From: a virus | Direction: 5' to 3' (one strand) | DNA length: 29,348 bases | UHGV virus genome: UHGV-0299458 | In this document: positions 17,978-26,008 of the stretch, piece by piece | Layout: each line of letters opens with the position of its first letter | Numbering within the stretch: position 1 is the first letter of the stretch | Notes under the pieces: generated by a model | Databases searched by the model: none | What the model was told of the DNA's origin: nothing | The model's input: only the letters and a program-made list of their open reading frames with translations | Program-made: the position numbers and the translations under genes

Positions 17978-18084
17978 TTAACAGAACTTTTATTTTTGAC
18001 AAACATATAATATTTTCAACAATATCCTGAGCCAGGTATATTTCAGTATAAGGCTCTGCCGAAAGGAATCTGGAAGAATGAATA

Positions 18085-18161
18085 TGGCGCGCTGTACTGG
18101 ATTCGAACCAGTGACCGATTGCTTAGAAGGCAATTGCTCTGTCCGGCTGAGCTAACAACGC
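18085..18161 (-). tRNA. argO: tRNA-Arg (anticodon UCU)
   Basis: Reverse complement folds as a cloverleaf: GCGTTGT-TA-GCTC..GAGC-A-ATTGC-CTTCTAA-GCAAT-CGGTC-ACTGG-TTCGAAT-CCAGT-ACAGCGC-G-CCA. Symbol assigned by analogy to the ileZ-argN-argO cluster of Stx phages. Confidence 0.85.
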
Positions 18162-18174
18162 ATGATGCAGATAA

Positions 18175-18251
18175 TGGACCGCCATCGGGGACTTGAACCC
18201 CGCGCAGCCAGCTTCGAAGGCTGGCGCTCTTTCCTGATGAGCTAATGGCGG
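18175..18251 (-). tRNA. argN: tRNA-Arg (anticodon UCG)
   Basis: Reverse complement: CCGCCAT-TA-GCTC..GAGC-G-CCAGC-CTTCGAA-GCTGG-CTGCG-CGGGG-TTCAAGT-CCCCG-ATGGCGG-T-CCA (77 nt); symbol by analogy. Confidence 0.8.
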
Positions 18252-18258
18252 TATGTGA

Positions 18259-18334
18259 TGGTGGCCCTTGCTGGATTTGAACCAGCGACCTGGCGATTAT
18301 GAGTCGCTCGCTCTCACCACTGAGCTAAAGGGCC
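18259..18334 (-). tRNA. ileZ: tRNA with CAU anticodon, most like tRNA-Ile2 (lysidine) rather than Met
   Basis: Reverse complement GGCCCTTTAGCTCAGTGGTGAGAGCGAGCGACTCATAATCGCCAGGTCGCTGGTTCAAATCCAGCAAGGGCCACCA; near-identical in pattern to E. coli ileX as recalled. Confidence 0.85.
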
Positions 18335-18372
18335 GGGAGCAGAATAATAACGGTCCGTAATTAATTCCGCAA

Positions 18373-18398
18373 TAAAAAACCCGCTCGGCGGCGGGTTG
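18373..18398 (-). terminator. Intrinsic terminator tR' downstream of the late promoter
   Basis: On the minus strand: AACCCGCCGCCGAGCGGGTTTTTTATTG (stem CCCGC/GCGGG plus U-run), about 60 nt downstream of the predicted pR' start. Confidence 0.7.
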
Positions 18399-18444
18399 TA
18401 GAAACTCTTCTAACGTCAGGCATAAAAAGCCCATTGTTATGACG

Positions 18445-18472
18445 AATTTACCACAGATTCCGGAAAAATCAA
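18445..18472 (-). promoter_or_regulatory. Late promoter pR' (with qut region) immediately downstream of Q
   Basis: Minus strand reads TTGATT - 16 nt - TAAATT; lambda pR' is TTGACT - 17 nt - TAAATT in the same position relative to Q. Confidence 0.65.
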
Positions 18473-18477
18473 CCTTG

Positions 18478-19299
18478 TTACCTAGTTACCTTTTTTAACT
18501 GCCGCTCAGCCCATGCTTCTTCAATATCAAACCGGGTCACCAGCGCATCATAGAATTTCTTAACTGTTTTTTCCCATGACGCGCGTGTTATCTGGTTTGT
18601 CACCTCGCATATAGCATTAAATGCCTCCGTTGATGGTAGTCTTTCATAGCCACGACCACCACAACGCTGGCAGTCTCTGATAACAGGCATACCACGTTTT
18701 ACCGACTCTTCACGATGAATGGCGACACCACGCCCACGGCAATCCTTACAGGCGGTGGAAACCTCACCCTTTCCGCCACACTCCGGACAGGCAACTTTTA
18801 CCACCTCCCTGACTTTTTTCCATTCTTCCCAGTAAGACGAATACACACCTTTCGTACACTTTGCCCATACCGGCGGCTTACCATCCGGATACTGGACCTT
18901 GTTTGTAAAAACTACGCTTTCAATAAATTTTTCCCCATAGCAACAAGGGCACTGCTTTTTACTCGCTGCGCTGCGGGCATAATCCTCAAAAGCGTACGAA
19001 GCCATAATGCGCATCACTACCGGTTTTATTTCTGCCGGAAGTTTTCTCAACGCCGCCACACGATCGCACCGACTGAGTGCATAATCTGCCAGTAATTCTG
19101 TTGCCCGCGCCCTGTCATTCATACTGATGCCCATTTTCCCCAGGAACGCAGAAAAACCCATCTCAGCCCGATTCTGTGTCATGCCCTGCGCGGCCATCAC
19201 ATCAGTGATACTCAGCGCATCTTTTGACGTTGAGGCCGATGCATCGGTCAGGCCAGGGGATTTTGGGGAGTAGTATTTCGGTAAATCTTCCAGTTTCAT
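18478..19299 (-). CDS. Q: Late antiterminator Q (lambda-type) with CxxCxGxG zinc-binding repeats
   Basis: N-terminus MKLEDLPKYYSPKSP....SITDVMAAQGMTQNRAEMGFSAFLGK parallels lambda Q (MRLESVAKFHSPKSP...SGTDVMAAMGMAQSQAGFGMAAFCGK); C-terminus ...PLYDALV... also matches; three CxxCxGxG motifs. Confidence 0.88.
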   Translation of the reverse strand: MKLEDLPKYYSPKSPGLTDASASTSKDALSITDVMAAQGMTQNRAEMGFSAFLGKMGISMNDRARATELLADYALSRCDRVAALRKLPAEIKPVVMRIMASYAFEDYARSAASKKQCPCCYGEKFIESVVFTNKVQYPDGKPPVWAKCTKGVYSSYWEEWKKVREVVKVACPECGGKGEVSTACKDCRGRGVAIHREESVKRGMPVIRDCQRCGGRGYERLPSTEAFNAICEVTNQITRASWEKTVKKFYDALVTRFDIEEAWAERQLKKVTR

Positions 19300-19313
19300 T
19301 TTTTGACCTGCTC

Positions 19314-19676
19314 TTAATGCATTATGGGGTAAATCTTCACCCCCAGACGTCCACCAGATACTGGCTGACCACGAACGATATTGATTTCATCAAACTGCTC
19401 ATCGTCCATTAACACTCCCGCATGCGTCAGCGCATCCAGCGGTGCTTTCAGGATATTGTCCAGGTCGCGACGACGCTTATCCGGTGGCTCTGCAATCACC
19501 TTTATCGCCAGCCTTCCGGACAGGTTTAATTTCAGCCGCTGCTGGCGAACAATTAGCGCCACATCACGGCGATAACGCTTTCCGGCCTCCGAGATGAAAT
19601 ACGTATTGCCATGACGTCGCCAGTAGGTATTCACCGTCGGCGGGTAAGGCAAAACAAATTCTATGCGTTCAGTCAT
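19314..19676 (-). CDS. rusA: Holliday junction resolvase RusA
   Basis: 120-aa ORF with ...PPTVNTYWRRHG...PPDKRRRDLDNILKAPLDALTHAGVLMDDEQ... matching the RusA family. Confidence 0.9.
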   Translation of the reverse strand: MTERIEFVLPYPPTVNTYWRRHGNTYFISEAGKRYRRDVALIVRQQRLKLNLSGRLAIKVIAEPPDKRRRDLDNILKAPLDALTHAGVLMDDEQFDEINIVRGQPVSGGRLGVKIYPIMH

Positions 19677-20735
19677 TCATGCTTTCCACTTCAGGACACC
19701 CGAATTTCTCGCGTGCATTAAAAAACGAATCAGCAACAACAGCTGGCTGCCGTGTTTTTCTTCAAAATCTTTTACCCCGGCGTGCAGTTCGTTATGACAT
19801 TTACGGCACAGCGGAATAACAAACAAATCATCAGCCTTTGTTCCCATACCTCCCAGGCCATGACCAATGATGTGATGCGGATCATCTGCCTGATTACCGC
19901 ACGTCATGCATTTCTGCGTTTTTACCCAGCGCGTGTATACAGGCATCTCTTCCCGTTGTGGTTTCTGGCGCTGGAGATACTGAGCCGGAGACTCCGGATC
20001 AACGGCGATGCTTACTAACGTCTTTTCCTGGAGTGGGGGCTGTTGCTGGTGGACGTGAAGTGGCAGCGCAATATTTTTTGTGCGCTGCTTCAGTATGCTG
20101 GTGGCAGTCTGTTCTCCCGGTACGATGTCACTCTCACGGTATACGGAGCGGATTTTTTCCACCGGTAATCCCAGTGAACGACACAATACAGACTCCGGAA
20201 GCGCATCAGCCACCTGATTGCAGACCGCCCACCAGGATAATTCGGCCAGCGATAACTCCCTCTCCTGCGTACCGCTGATTGCGTGACGGATGACGTCAAT
20301 CATCCATGCTGACAAGTTTTGGTGAGCAAGTTGCTCAAGTGATTCTGAGGTCTGGTCACACAACTGGTTGTCGCAGTGCCAGCACAACACCATTGCGCCG
20401 GTACCATAACGGTGAATGACGGTTTCACTGTGGTGATAATCACCGTGTGGCCACTGGCAGGATTTAATATGGCGCAACAGCCAGTCAGACAGTGCACCAG
20501 CGCCGCCAGCAGCACGAATCACACGCTCATTGCTGAAAAATGGCAGTAATGATTTATCCTCCGCCAGCGGCTGGCGAACGGCAGGGACGACTCCGGATGG
20601 CAGGCCGCACATGCTTTTCGGTTCCGGCTCCACCAGCACTCGAGGATTATGAAATATCTGTATGGATTCACGGCCCGGCTTAAGGACCACCAGCCTAAGC
20701 TCAGGCACCAGAACAGGTCTAAGTAATACCCGCAC
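19677..20735 (-). CDS. Nin-region protein with C-terminal HNH nuclease motif (possibly DUF968-type)
   Basis: 352-aa ORF; C-terminus ...CMTCGNQADDPHHIIGHGLGGMGTKADDLFVIPLCRKCHNELH is an HNH-like motif; stop abuts rusA start. N-terminal start uncertain. Confidence 0.7.
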   Translation of the reverse strand: MRVLLRPVLVPELRLVVLKPGRESIQIFHNPRVLVEPEPKSMCGLPSGVVPAVRQPLAEDKSLLPFFSNERVIRAAGGAGALSDWLLRHIKSCQWPHGDYHHSETVIHRYGTGAMVLCWHCDNQLCDQTSESLEQLAHQNLSAWMIDVIRHAISGTQERELSLAELSWWAVCNQVADALPESVLCRSLGLPVEKIRSVYRESDIVPGEQTATSILKQRTKNIALPLHVHQQQPPLQEKTLVSIAVDPESPAQYLQRQKPQREEMPVYTRWVKTQKCMTCGNQADDPHHIIGHGLGGMGTKADDLFVIPLCRKCHNELHAGVKDFEEKHGSQLLLLIRFLMHARNSGVLKWKA

Positions 20736-20736
20736 G

Positions 20737-21009
20737 TTACCTCCAGATCCGTTGCTGGAAAGTGCGGGACGGACGTGGTGGGCGTTCGGAATAAGGCAGC
20801 CTGACAGAGATTATCCAGTGCCGATAGTCGAGACTGAGAGCTTTCTTAACCTCGAACCCGCGCCTGCGGTAAGAATGAATCAGCCATTCGGCCTGTTCTT
20901 CAGTACATGGTGGGTGTTGGTACCAGTCGGTTTTAAATGCGTGTGAACGCCGCTCATGCCGGATGGCAAGGTCGGTATCAGAATTGTGAAATTTGGTTTT
21001 GTGCGCCAT
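20737..21009 (-). CDS. Hypothetical nin-region protein (90 aa)
   Basis: ORF translationally coupled to the downstream HNH gene; family not recognised. Confidence 0.5.
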   Translation of the reverse strand: MAHKTKFHNSDTDLAIRHERRSHAFKTDWYQHPPCTEEQAEWLIHSYRRRGFEVKKALSLDYRHWIISVRLPYSERPPRPSRTFQQRIWR

Positions 21010-21176
21010 CTGTTTTCTCTGCTGGCGCAGCAGGTGTCAGGTGTTCAGGCTGACGTGCGAATTGTAAACCAGAATGCCAGGAAAAAACAAAACCCGCCGA
21101 AGCGGGTTAAGTGCGGGTGCGTTGAGGATGCCTGACACATCAGAGGTGGCGAGGGATTTCTCCCCCGCCAGGTCTC

Positions 21177-21332
21177 TTACTCCTCAGGTTCGTAAGCTGT
21201 GAAGACAGCGACCTCCGTCTGGCCGGTTCGGATTCGTACCTCGCAGAGGTCTTTCCTCGTTACCAGTGCCGTCACTATGACGGTTAAACAGATGACGATC
21301 AGGGCGATTAACATCGCCTTTTGCTGCTTCAT
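21177..21332 (-). CDS. hok: Hok/Gef-family type I toxin (51 aa)
   Basis: Not in the ORF track (under 60 aa). Translation MKQQKAMLIALIVICLTVIVTALVTRKDLCEVRIRTGQTEVAVFTAYEPEE fits the Hok pattern (TM helix, then conserved ...TRK.LCE.R.R.G..EVA.F.AYE...). A short upstream ORF ends overlapping the hok ATG, mok-like. Confidence 0.8.
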   Translation of the reverse strand: MKQQKAMLIALIVICLTVIVTALVTRKDLCEVRIRTGQTEVAVFTAYEPEE

Positions 21333-21590
21333 AGCCTGCTTCTCCTTGACCTTTCGGTCCGTAAGAGGCTAATCTCTATGTGTCGCATAGATATGGCCTC
21401 AGATTAATGTTAAGCGTCTTGCAGGACGCGTAATGTTAACTGGGGCTTTTCTCTATCTGCCTTTTGGTGTTCATGCCTGAGACAGATAGCCTCAAGCACC
21501 CGCAGTCATTCTACTTAACTAAGATTTCCCCGCAAACCGTTTTTGTCCGGCACAGTAAATATCCAACTAAACCAATGGCGTTCGCTGTAT

Positions 21591-21770
21591 TTACCGCCAG
21601 TATTCAATGCACATGACCGCCATGAACACCCCTAAAAAAAGGGCATTTATATGTCCAAACATTAATATCAAAACATCAACTTTTTCCATATACCTTGCTG
21701 TGAAGATGATGGGCATACATGATGCGAACAACCAGAACGCAACAAACAAAAACTGCAATGCGTTTTTCAT
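21591..21770 (-). CDS. Small two-helix membrane protein (59 aa), AT-rich cargo gene
   Basis: ATG 21768-21770 with AGGGGGAA Shine-Dalgarno; MKNALQFLFVAFWLFASCMPIIFTARYMEKVDVLILMFGHINALFLGVFMAVMCIEYWR; AT-rich upstream region. Confidence 0.45.
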   Translation of the reverse strand: MKNALQFLFVAFWLFASCMPIIFTARYMEKVDVLILMFGHINALFLGVFMAVMCIEYWR

Positions 21771-21940
21771 TATTCCCCCTACAATCAATGTGCAATAACA
21801 TTTAAACACACCTCAATTTGGCCGGACATATAAATATCTAAACCAGAAAAAATCACTTACATAGCGTTACAAACTCTTTAGTCTAAATATTCATCGCAAA
21901 ATATTCCCCATACTTATCAGCCCGTTCTGCGCCAGGTAGC

Positions 21941-22255
21941 TCATTGCCTTATCTGGGAATCTGTAATCAGGTTTCCGGATGCTGGTGGATTTTCGCGTTT
22001 TAGTTGTTCATAAAAGTGCACAGCTTTAACCAGTTCTTCTGATGTCACCGGAACTGGCGGGGCAGCGAATAAGGCCTGAATTTCATAGTTCGGCCTGTCG
22101 TTGCAATCCTCTTTTGTCGGTACATATTTCCAGTCACCAACCCACAGATTCTCCTGAAAGTCCGTAACGCCTTTTTTCACGTAGCGATATCGCCATGCAA
22201 CTGGTTTTGCCTGCCCTGCCGTTTCATGCCCTTCCTGATAATTAATCTCGCTCAT
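21941..22255 (-). CDS. Hypothetical phage protein (104 aa) sharing its N-terminus with the Ea22-like gene
   Basis: MSEINYQEGHETAGQAKPVAWRYRYV...; first ~8 codons and ~24 nt of DNA around the start nearly identical to the start of 23031..23654. Confidence 0.6.
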   Translation of the reverse strand: MSEINYQEGHETAGQAKPVAWRYRYVKKGVTDFQENLWVGDWKYVPTKEDCNDRPNYEIQALFAAPPVPVTSEELVKAVHFYEQLKRENPPASGNLITDSQIRQ

Positions 22256-22428
22256 TCATCGCCCCACTCATCACAATATGCTTCGACCGGAGTTTTTCCT
22301 GCTTCATAATCATCACGCCATGCTTCAGCATCAGCAGCACTGCCACCACGTAACTCTGCATAGTCCATTAACAGTTCATGCCATGCTTCAAAACTGACGT
22401 TGTATTTAGTTGAACCAAAATCAGCCAT
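22252..22428 (-). CDS. Hypothetical small protein (58 aa)
   Basis: MADFGSTKYNVSFEAWHELLMDYAELRGGSAADAEAWRDDYEAGKTPVEAYCDEWGDE; stop overlaps the downstream start (ATGA). Not in the ORF track. Confidence 0.5.
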   Translation of the reverse strand: MADFGSTKYNVSFEAWHELLMDYAELRGGSAADAEAWRDDYEAGKTPVEAYCDEWGDE

Positions 22429-22603
22429 TTTGCTCTTCCTCTTCGTCTTTTATTTCGTGATATGAGTAATTGCAGTAGTTAAAGAAAATATCTTTTGCTT
22501 CGTCATGTATTTCATCAGGCGTCGCATCATCATCCACTTCGAATTCATCCTCGAAATCTCCACCGGCTATTCCCGTTTCAATAATTATTTTAAACTTTCG
22601 CAT
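22421..22603 (-). CDS. Hypothetical acidic small protein (60 aa)
   Basis: MRKFKIIIETGIAGGDFEDEFEVDDDATPDEIHDEAKDIFFNYCNYSYHEIKDEEEEQNG; overlaps the next gene start. Confidence 0.5.
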   Translation of the reverse strand: MRKFKIIIETGIAGGDFEDEFEVDDDATPDEIHDEAKDIFFNYCNYSYHEIKDEEEEQNG

Positions 22604-22696
22604 TTAACTACCGCCCTTTCGGGCGGCCTCCTGATGTTCTGAGGGTGCAGAAATCCCTCCGGTTAAGGATTAAATTTTTAACAGAGCTAAATTTAA

Positions 22697-23053
22697 TTAT
22701 TCAGTTCTGGATTTTGTCGCCCTGCGTATCCGCGCTTTCGCGTTACGCTCAATCTGAATTAGCTTTTCTATATTTTTTCGCCTTTCCCGCTCCTCCTGAC
22801 GCAAGAGCCTTACATCATCTGCCAGTCTGGTTTCTCTTTTCGCCACAGAGAGCATCCAGTCAAATGGTTCCACAACTGCACCGCAGATTTTACAGCGGAC
22901 CTGACGCTCTTTTTCGTCAACCCGGACAGAGGCGTGATGACAATATGGTCTTTCCGATGGCTCATAAAGAAAATTAACCTGATTACGAGGGTCATCCTCT
23001 TTTACCGGAAATAAAACGATATTGCTTAACTCATCCTCTGGTTTTATTTCCAT
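22697..23053 (-). CDS. Hypothetical Cys/His-containing (possible zinc-binding) protein, 118 aa
   Basis: Start at ATG 23051-23053 with strong AGGAGAGGAG Shine-Dalgarno; ...PYCHHASVRVDEKERQVRCKICGAVVEPF...; basic C-terminus. Confidence 0.6.
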   Translation of the reverse strand: MEIKPEDELSNIVLFPVKEDDPRNQVNFLYEPSERPYCHHASVRVDEKERQVRCKICGAVVEPFDWMLSVAKRETRLADDVRLLRQEERERRKNIEKLIQIERNAKARIRRATKSRTE

Positions 23054-23654
23054 GCTCCTCTCCTTTGATGCGAATGCCAGCGACGCGTAATGCGTGTTCC
23101 AGGTCAATCAGGTAAAGCCAACTGCCATTTTCTTTAGGTATCATGACATGTCGCTCATCTGCATTTATCGGGTGTCCATATCGAAGGTCGTAGCGAGTCG
23201 GTAATTGAACTTCCCGCGCTTCCAGTTCAGCAATACGCTTGCACCCATCAGAGATAACTCCCTCGTAATACTCGCGCTGCTCGTTGAGTTTTGATTTTGC
23301 TGCTTCAAGCTCAACGAGCAGCTTCCCAACCGTAAGCGCAATATCCTCGTTCTCCTGGTCGCGGCGTTTGATGTATTGCTGGTTTCTTTCCTGTTCATCC
23401 AGCAGTGCCAGCACGGTAGCCGGGTTAGCCTCTGCTATGAACTCAGCGTTTGCATAAGCCTGAGCATCTGTTTCAATCAGGCAGTTAACATGACGTTCCG
23501 CAATCACGCCACCGGGTTCTCCTTTCCATTTTTGACAAACAAAAACTCCTGTTAAATTGCCGTGTTGGTTAACAGATGTATGCCCTACGATGTAGCTTCC
23601 TTTAGTTGCTTTCTCTGCCTTTTCACGCAGTACCTGATAGTTAATCTCGCTCAT
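23031..23654 (-). CDS. Ea22-like family protein
   Basis: MSEINYQVLREKAEKA...ALLDEQERNQQYIKRRDQENEDIALTVGKLLVELEAAKSKLNEQREYYEGVISDG... resembles the Ea22-like proteins of E. coli lambdoid prophages as recalled. Confidence 0.7.
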   Translation of the reverse strand: MSEINYQVLREKAEKATKGSYIVGHTSVNQHGNLTGVFVCQKWKGEPGGVIAERHVNCLIETDAQAYANAEFIAEANPATVLALLDEQERNQQYIKRRDQENEDIALTVGKLLVELEAAKSKLNEQREYYEGVISDGCKRIAELEAREVQLPTRYDLRYGHPINADERHVMIPKENGSWLYLIDLEHALRVAGIRIKGEEHGNKTRG

Positions 23655-23702
23655 TTTTCTCTTCATTCCGGTATACAAGAATTACAACGTCACCTCTGCT
23701 AA

Positions 23703-23921
23703 TTACGCGAGCTGGATCCCCTGGTTCCATGCTGTCAATCCCGAAGGCTTCGAAAAATGCATCCATTGCCTTCTGGCGTTGCTCCTGCTTACGGCGTTTA
23801 TTCCATTTTTGAACAACAGTGACAGCCATCGTCCGCTGCAGAACATGATGTAGAAATAACCAAGAAGTGCCAGGCCGGTGTTCAGGGCCATATCAATCGT
23901 TATCGCCGGGTCAATATTCAC
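23703..23921 (-). CDS. Possible small membrane protein (72 aa), GTG start; competes with overlapping ORF 23641..23829
   Basis: GTG start preceded by AGGAGGTG; hydrophobic stretch LALLGYFYIMFCSG. An alternative 62-aa ORF in another frame (23641..23829) overlaps it; I cannot decide between them from sequence alone. Confidence 0.3.
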   Translation of the reverse strand: MNIDPAITIDMALNTGLALLGYFYIMFCSGRWLSLLFKNGINAVSRSNARRQWMHFSKPSGLTAWNQGIQLA

Positions 23922-24213
23922 TGCCCACCTCCTGAAAAATCACCGCATGGCCCAGTTTCTCCGCCAGTGCCAGCTCAGCCCTTGCACCTGCCGACTGCTG
24001 CCAGCCTTTCAGCATGTAAACCGCATCCACGCAACGGAGCATTGCCATGCAAATATCCATGTAGTGTGGTTGAGTCAGCCCGTCCGGAAGTACTGCCGGG
24101 TTTAAAACGGTATGCCCTTCCCGTTTCAGCGCATCTTCCGCCCTGTGAAACGCCTCGCGGTTGAAATTTTCATATCCCGTCATCGGACCGGCGATATAAA
24201 TCCTCACCCTCAC
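23911..24213 (-). CDS. DUF4406-type protein (nucleoside 2-deoxyribosyltransferase-like fold)
   Basis: [40 protein letters not shown]... is the typical DUF4406 N-terminus as recalled. Confidence 0.75.
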   Translation of the reverse strand: MRVRIYIAGPMTGYENFNREAFHRAEDALKREGHTVLNPAVLPDGLTQPHYMDICMAMLRCVDAVYMLKGWQQSAGARAELALAEKLGHAVIFQEVGSEY

Positions 24214-24527
24214 TCCTGAACCCTCCTGTCGAAATAAACGTAGTTATTCACTGCGCCCAACTTCATCCCAAACTTTTCGGCAATTTCCCGTCGGGGTACG
24301 CCACGCTGATGCAGTTGCCGCGCCAGCTCAATATCACGCTGTGAATATTTTGCCGACGGGTGAAAATCACCCCGTAAAATCATGCTGATACCCAGTTCCC
24401 GCGCTTTCGTCCTGACGGCTGACTCACTACGACCAATCAGATAACCGATGCTTTCGACTCTCATCGTTCCCGCACACTGCCGGAGTATCAGGATTTCAGC
24501 CCAGCGCCACTTCTTCCAGCCACTCAC
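24210..24527 (-). CDS. Putative HTH DNA-binding protein (105 aa; start uncertain)
   Basis: GTG start overlapping the upstream stop (GTGA); ...[19 protein letters not shown]...[34 protein letters not shown] looks like an HTH. The alternative ATG at 24464 would give 84 aa. Confidence 0.55.
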   Translation of the reverse strand: MSGWKKWRWAEILILRQCAGTMRVESIGYLIGRSESAVRTKARELGISMILRGDFHPSAKYSQRDIELARQLHQRGVPRREIAEKFGMKLGAVNNYVYFDRRVQE

Positions 24528-25240
24528 CGCTGCTGCTCTCTGGTGGCGGTAATATCCCGGAGAATATCCCTGTGTTTGTTCAGTTCCCGCAGCGCAGCAC
24601 AGACTCGCTCCCACTTCTGGACATCACTTTTCGCCCGGCGCAGCTCGCGGTTAGCCACATGCAGCGATGGTAGAATCAGGTCATCTGCTTTCATTTCGGT
24701 GATCGATGGCTGTAACCTCACAATGTCTTCCACGATTTCTGTTTTCATTTCTTCCTGTGCCATCATTTCCTGTACTGGTAACGCAACACCTGCTGGCTGA
24801 GGAAAGGCTTTACCATCGGTTTCCGCTACGGATGCAGCTTCCGGCTCTGCCGGTAAATCAGCGCCCGGTATGCAGTAACGAAATTTACCGCCCTGATTCA
24901 CGCGAATCAGACGCCCTTTGCTGATTGCCATGGCCAGCGATGAATTCGCCCGGCGCGAGGTAATCCCGAACATCAGTGCCAGCTCATCCGCCGTTTGTGG
25001 GCCATGTTGTTCAATCGCCTCAGTCAGCATTTGCGCTGTCACTTTCGGTACCGGTGACACCGGTTCACTTTCACCAGCCTGAATCAGCCACCACATCGAA
25101 CCCTTGTTATCCGCTTCACCGCGGCGCTTCAGTTTCCACAGTTCGTTGACCGCATCTTCACGGCTGATTCCAAGGCGGGCCGCCACTACCTGTGAAGAGG
25201 CTCTTTTCAGTGCTTTCAGTGCGTCAGATACGGTTTCCAT
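24524..25240 (-). CDS. Hypothetical phage protein with N-terminal HTH-like segment (possibly DUF1627-type)
   Basis: 238-aa [45 protein letters not shown]...; sits between the replication genes and the nin region. Confidence 0.65.
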   Translation of the reverse strand: METVSDALKALKRASSQVVAARLGISREDAVNELWKLKRRGEADNKGSMWWLIQAGESEPVSPVPKVTAQMLTEAIEQHGPQTADELALMFGITSRRANSSLAMAISKGRLIRVNQGGKFRYCIPGADLPAEPEAASVAETDGKAFPQPAGVALPVQEMMAQEEMKTEIVEDIVRLQPSITEMKADDLILPSLHVANRELRRAKSDVQKWERVCAALRELNKHRDILRDITATREQQR

Positions 25241-25261
25241 TAATATTTCCTCCGGACAAAA

Positions 25262-26008
25262 TTACTTCACAACCCTCATATTGCTGACATTTGGACGCCA
25301 GCTATCCCAGTTAAACGTCACCCATCGACCACCGTTCATGGTCATGCGGTCCATAATCCTCTCACCAAGAAGCGTACTCATTGCGGCATGATTCAGGTTT
25401 GTTAACATCCCGACACTGCACAGTGATGCTGTCCGGCGATCAATTATCTGGTGCAATACCACCTGCTCGTTTTTCGTCTCCCGCTGAACGCCTATTTCAT
25501 CCAGGACCAGCAAATCAACCCCGCAAAGCTCCTGTAAAAATTTTTCCCCGGATTTGCCGTTGTCGTAGCTGTCATGCAACACGCTCATGACGTCAGACAC
25601 GGTGACGATAATCACGCTGCGCCCCTTCACCATCAGCCGGTTGCCCATCGCCGCTGCAAGGTGATTTTTCCTGGTGCCGGTTTTACCGCTGAACACAAAA
25701 TTCGTGCACCCGGTCATCAGTTCGTCAGCTATGGATTTGGCCTGGCTCAGCGCGTATTTTTGCCCGTCGTTCTGCACCTGATAATTTGCAAACGAGCATT
25801 TGCTGTGCAGAGGCTGGATGCCCGAACGATTCAGGATTTTTTCCACCCGCAACTGGCGATTCTGGCGGTTAATCTCCTCGCTGCGTTTTCGTCCTTCAGC
25901 AAGTTGCCATTCCCGCCACTCCTCCACCGTCCGGTACGGTGGAACCGACCCCTGTGGTGCAAGTCTGCGAATACGTTCAAGAACCCCAACTGCCGCAATG
26001 TTTTTCAT
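25262..26008 (-). CDS. DnaC-like replicative helicase loader
   Basis: ...FVFSGKTGTRKNHLAAAMGNRLMVKGRSVIIVTVSDVMSVLHDSYDNGKSGEKFLQELCGVDLLVLDEIGVQRETKNEQVVLHQIIDRRTAS...MLTNLN...GERIMDRMTMNGGRWVTFNWDSWRPN closely parallels E. coli DnaC. Confidence 0.9.
   Translation of the reverse strand: MKNIAAVGVLERIRRLAPQGSVPPYRTVEEWREWQLAEGRKRSEEINRQNRQLRVEKILNRSGIQPLHSKCSFANYQVQNDGQKYALSQAKSIADELMTGCTNFVFSGKTGTRKNHLAAAMGNRLMVKGRSVIIVTVSDVMSVLHDSYDNGKSGEKFLQELCGVDLLVLDEIGVQRETKNEQVVLHQIIDRRTASLCSVGMLTNLNHAAMSTLLGERIMDRMTMNGGRWVTFNWDSWRPNVSNMRVVK

Noticed and set aside
16600-18060. Shiga toxin genes downstream of the tRNA cluster
   Set aside because: The ORFs present (111 and 118 aa) have neither the size nor the sequence character of StxA (~315 aa) or StxB (~89 aa, signal peptide); only the locus position is analogous.
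22611-22627. Hairpin accgccctttcgggcgg between two minus-strand genes
   Set aside because: Perfect short stem but no U-run on either strand, so not called as an intrinsic terminator; it may be a minor RNA structure.
23641-23829. 62-aa ORF overlapping the 23703..23921 ORF in another frame
   Set aside because: Only one of the two overlapping frames is likely coding, and I cannot decide from sequence alone. The 23703..23921 frame has the stronger Shine-Dalgarno; the other is kept only as an alternative.
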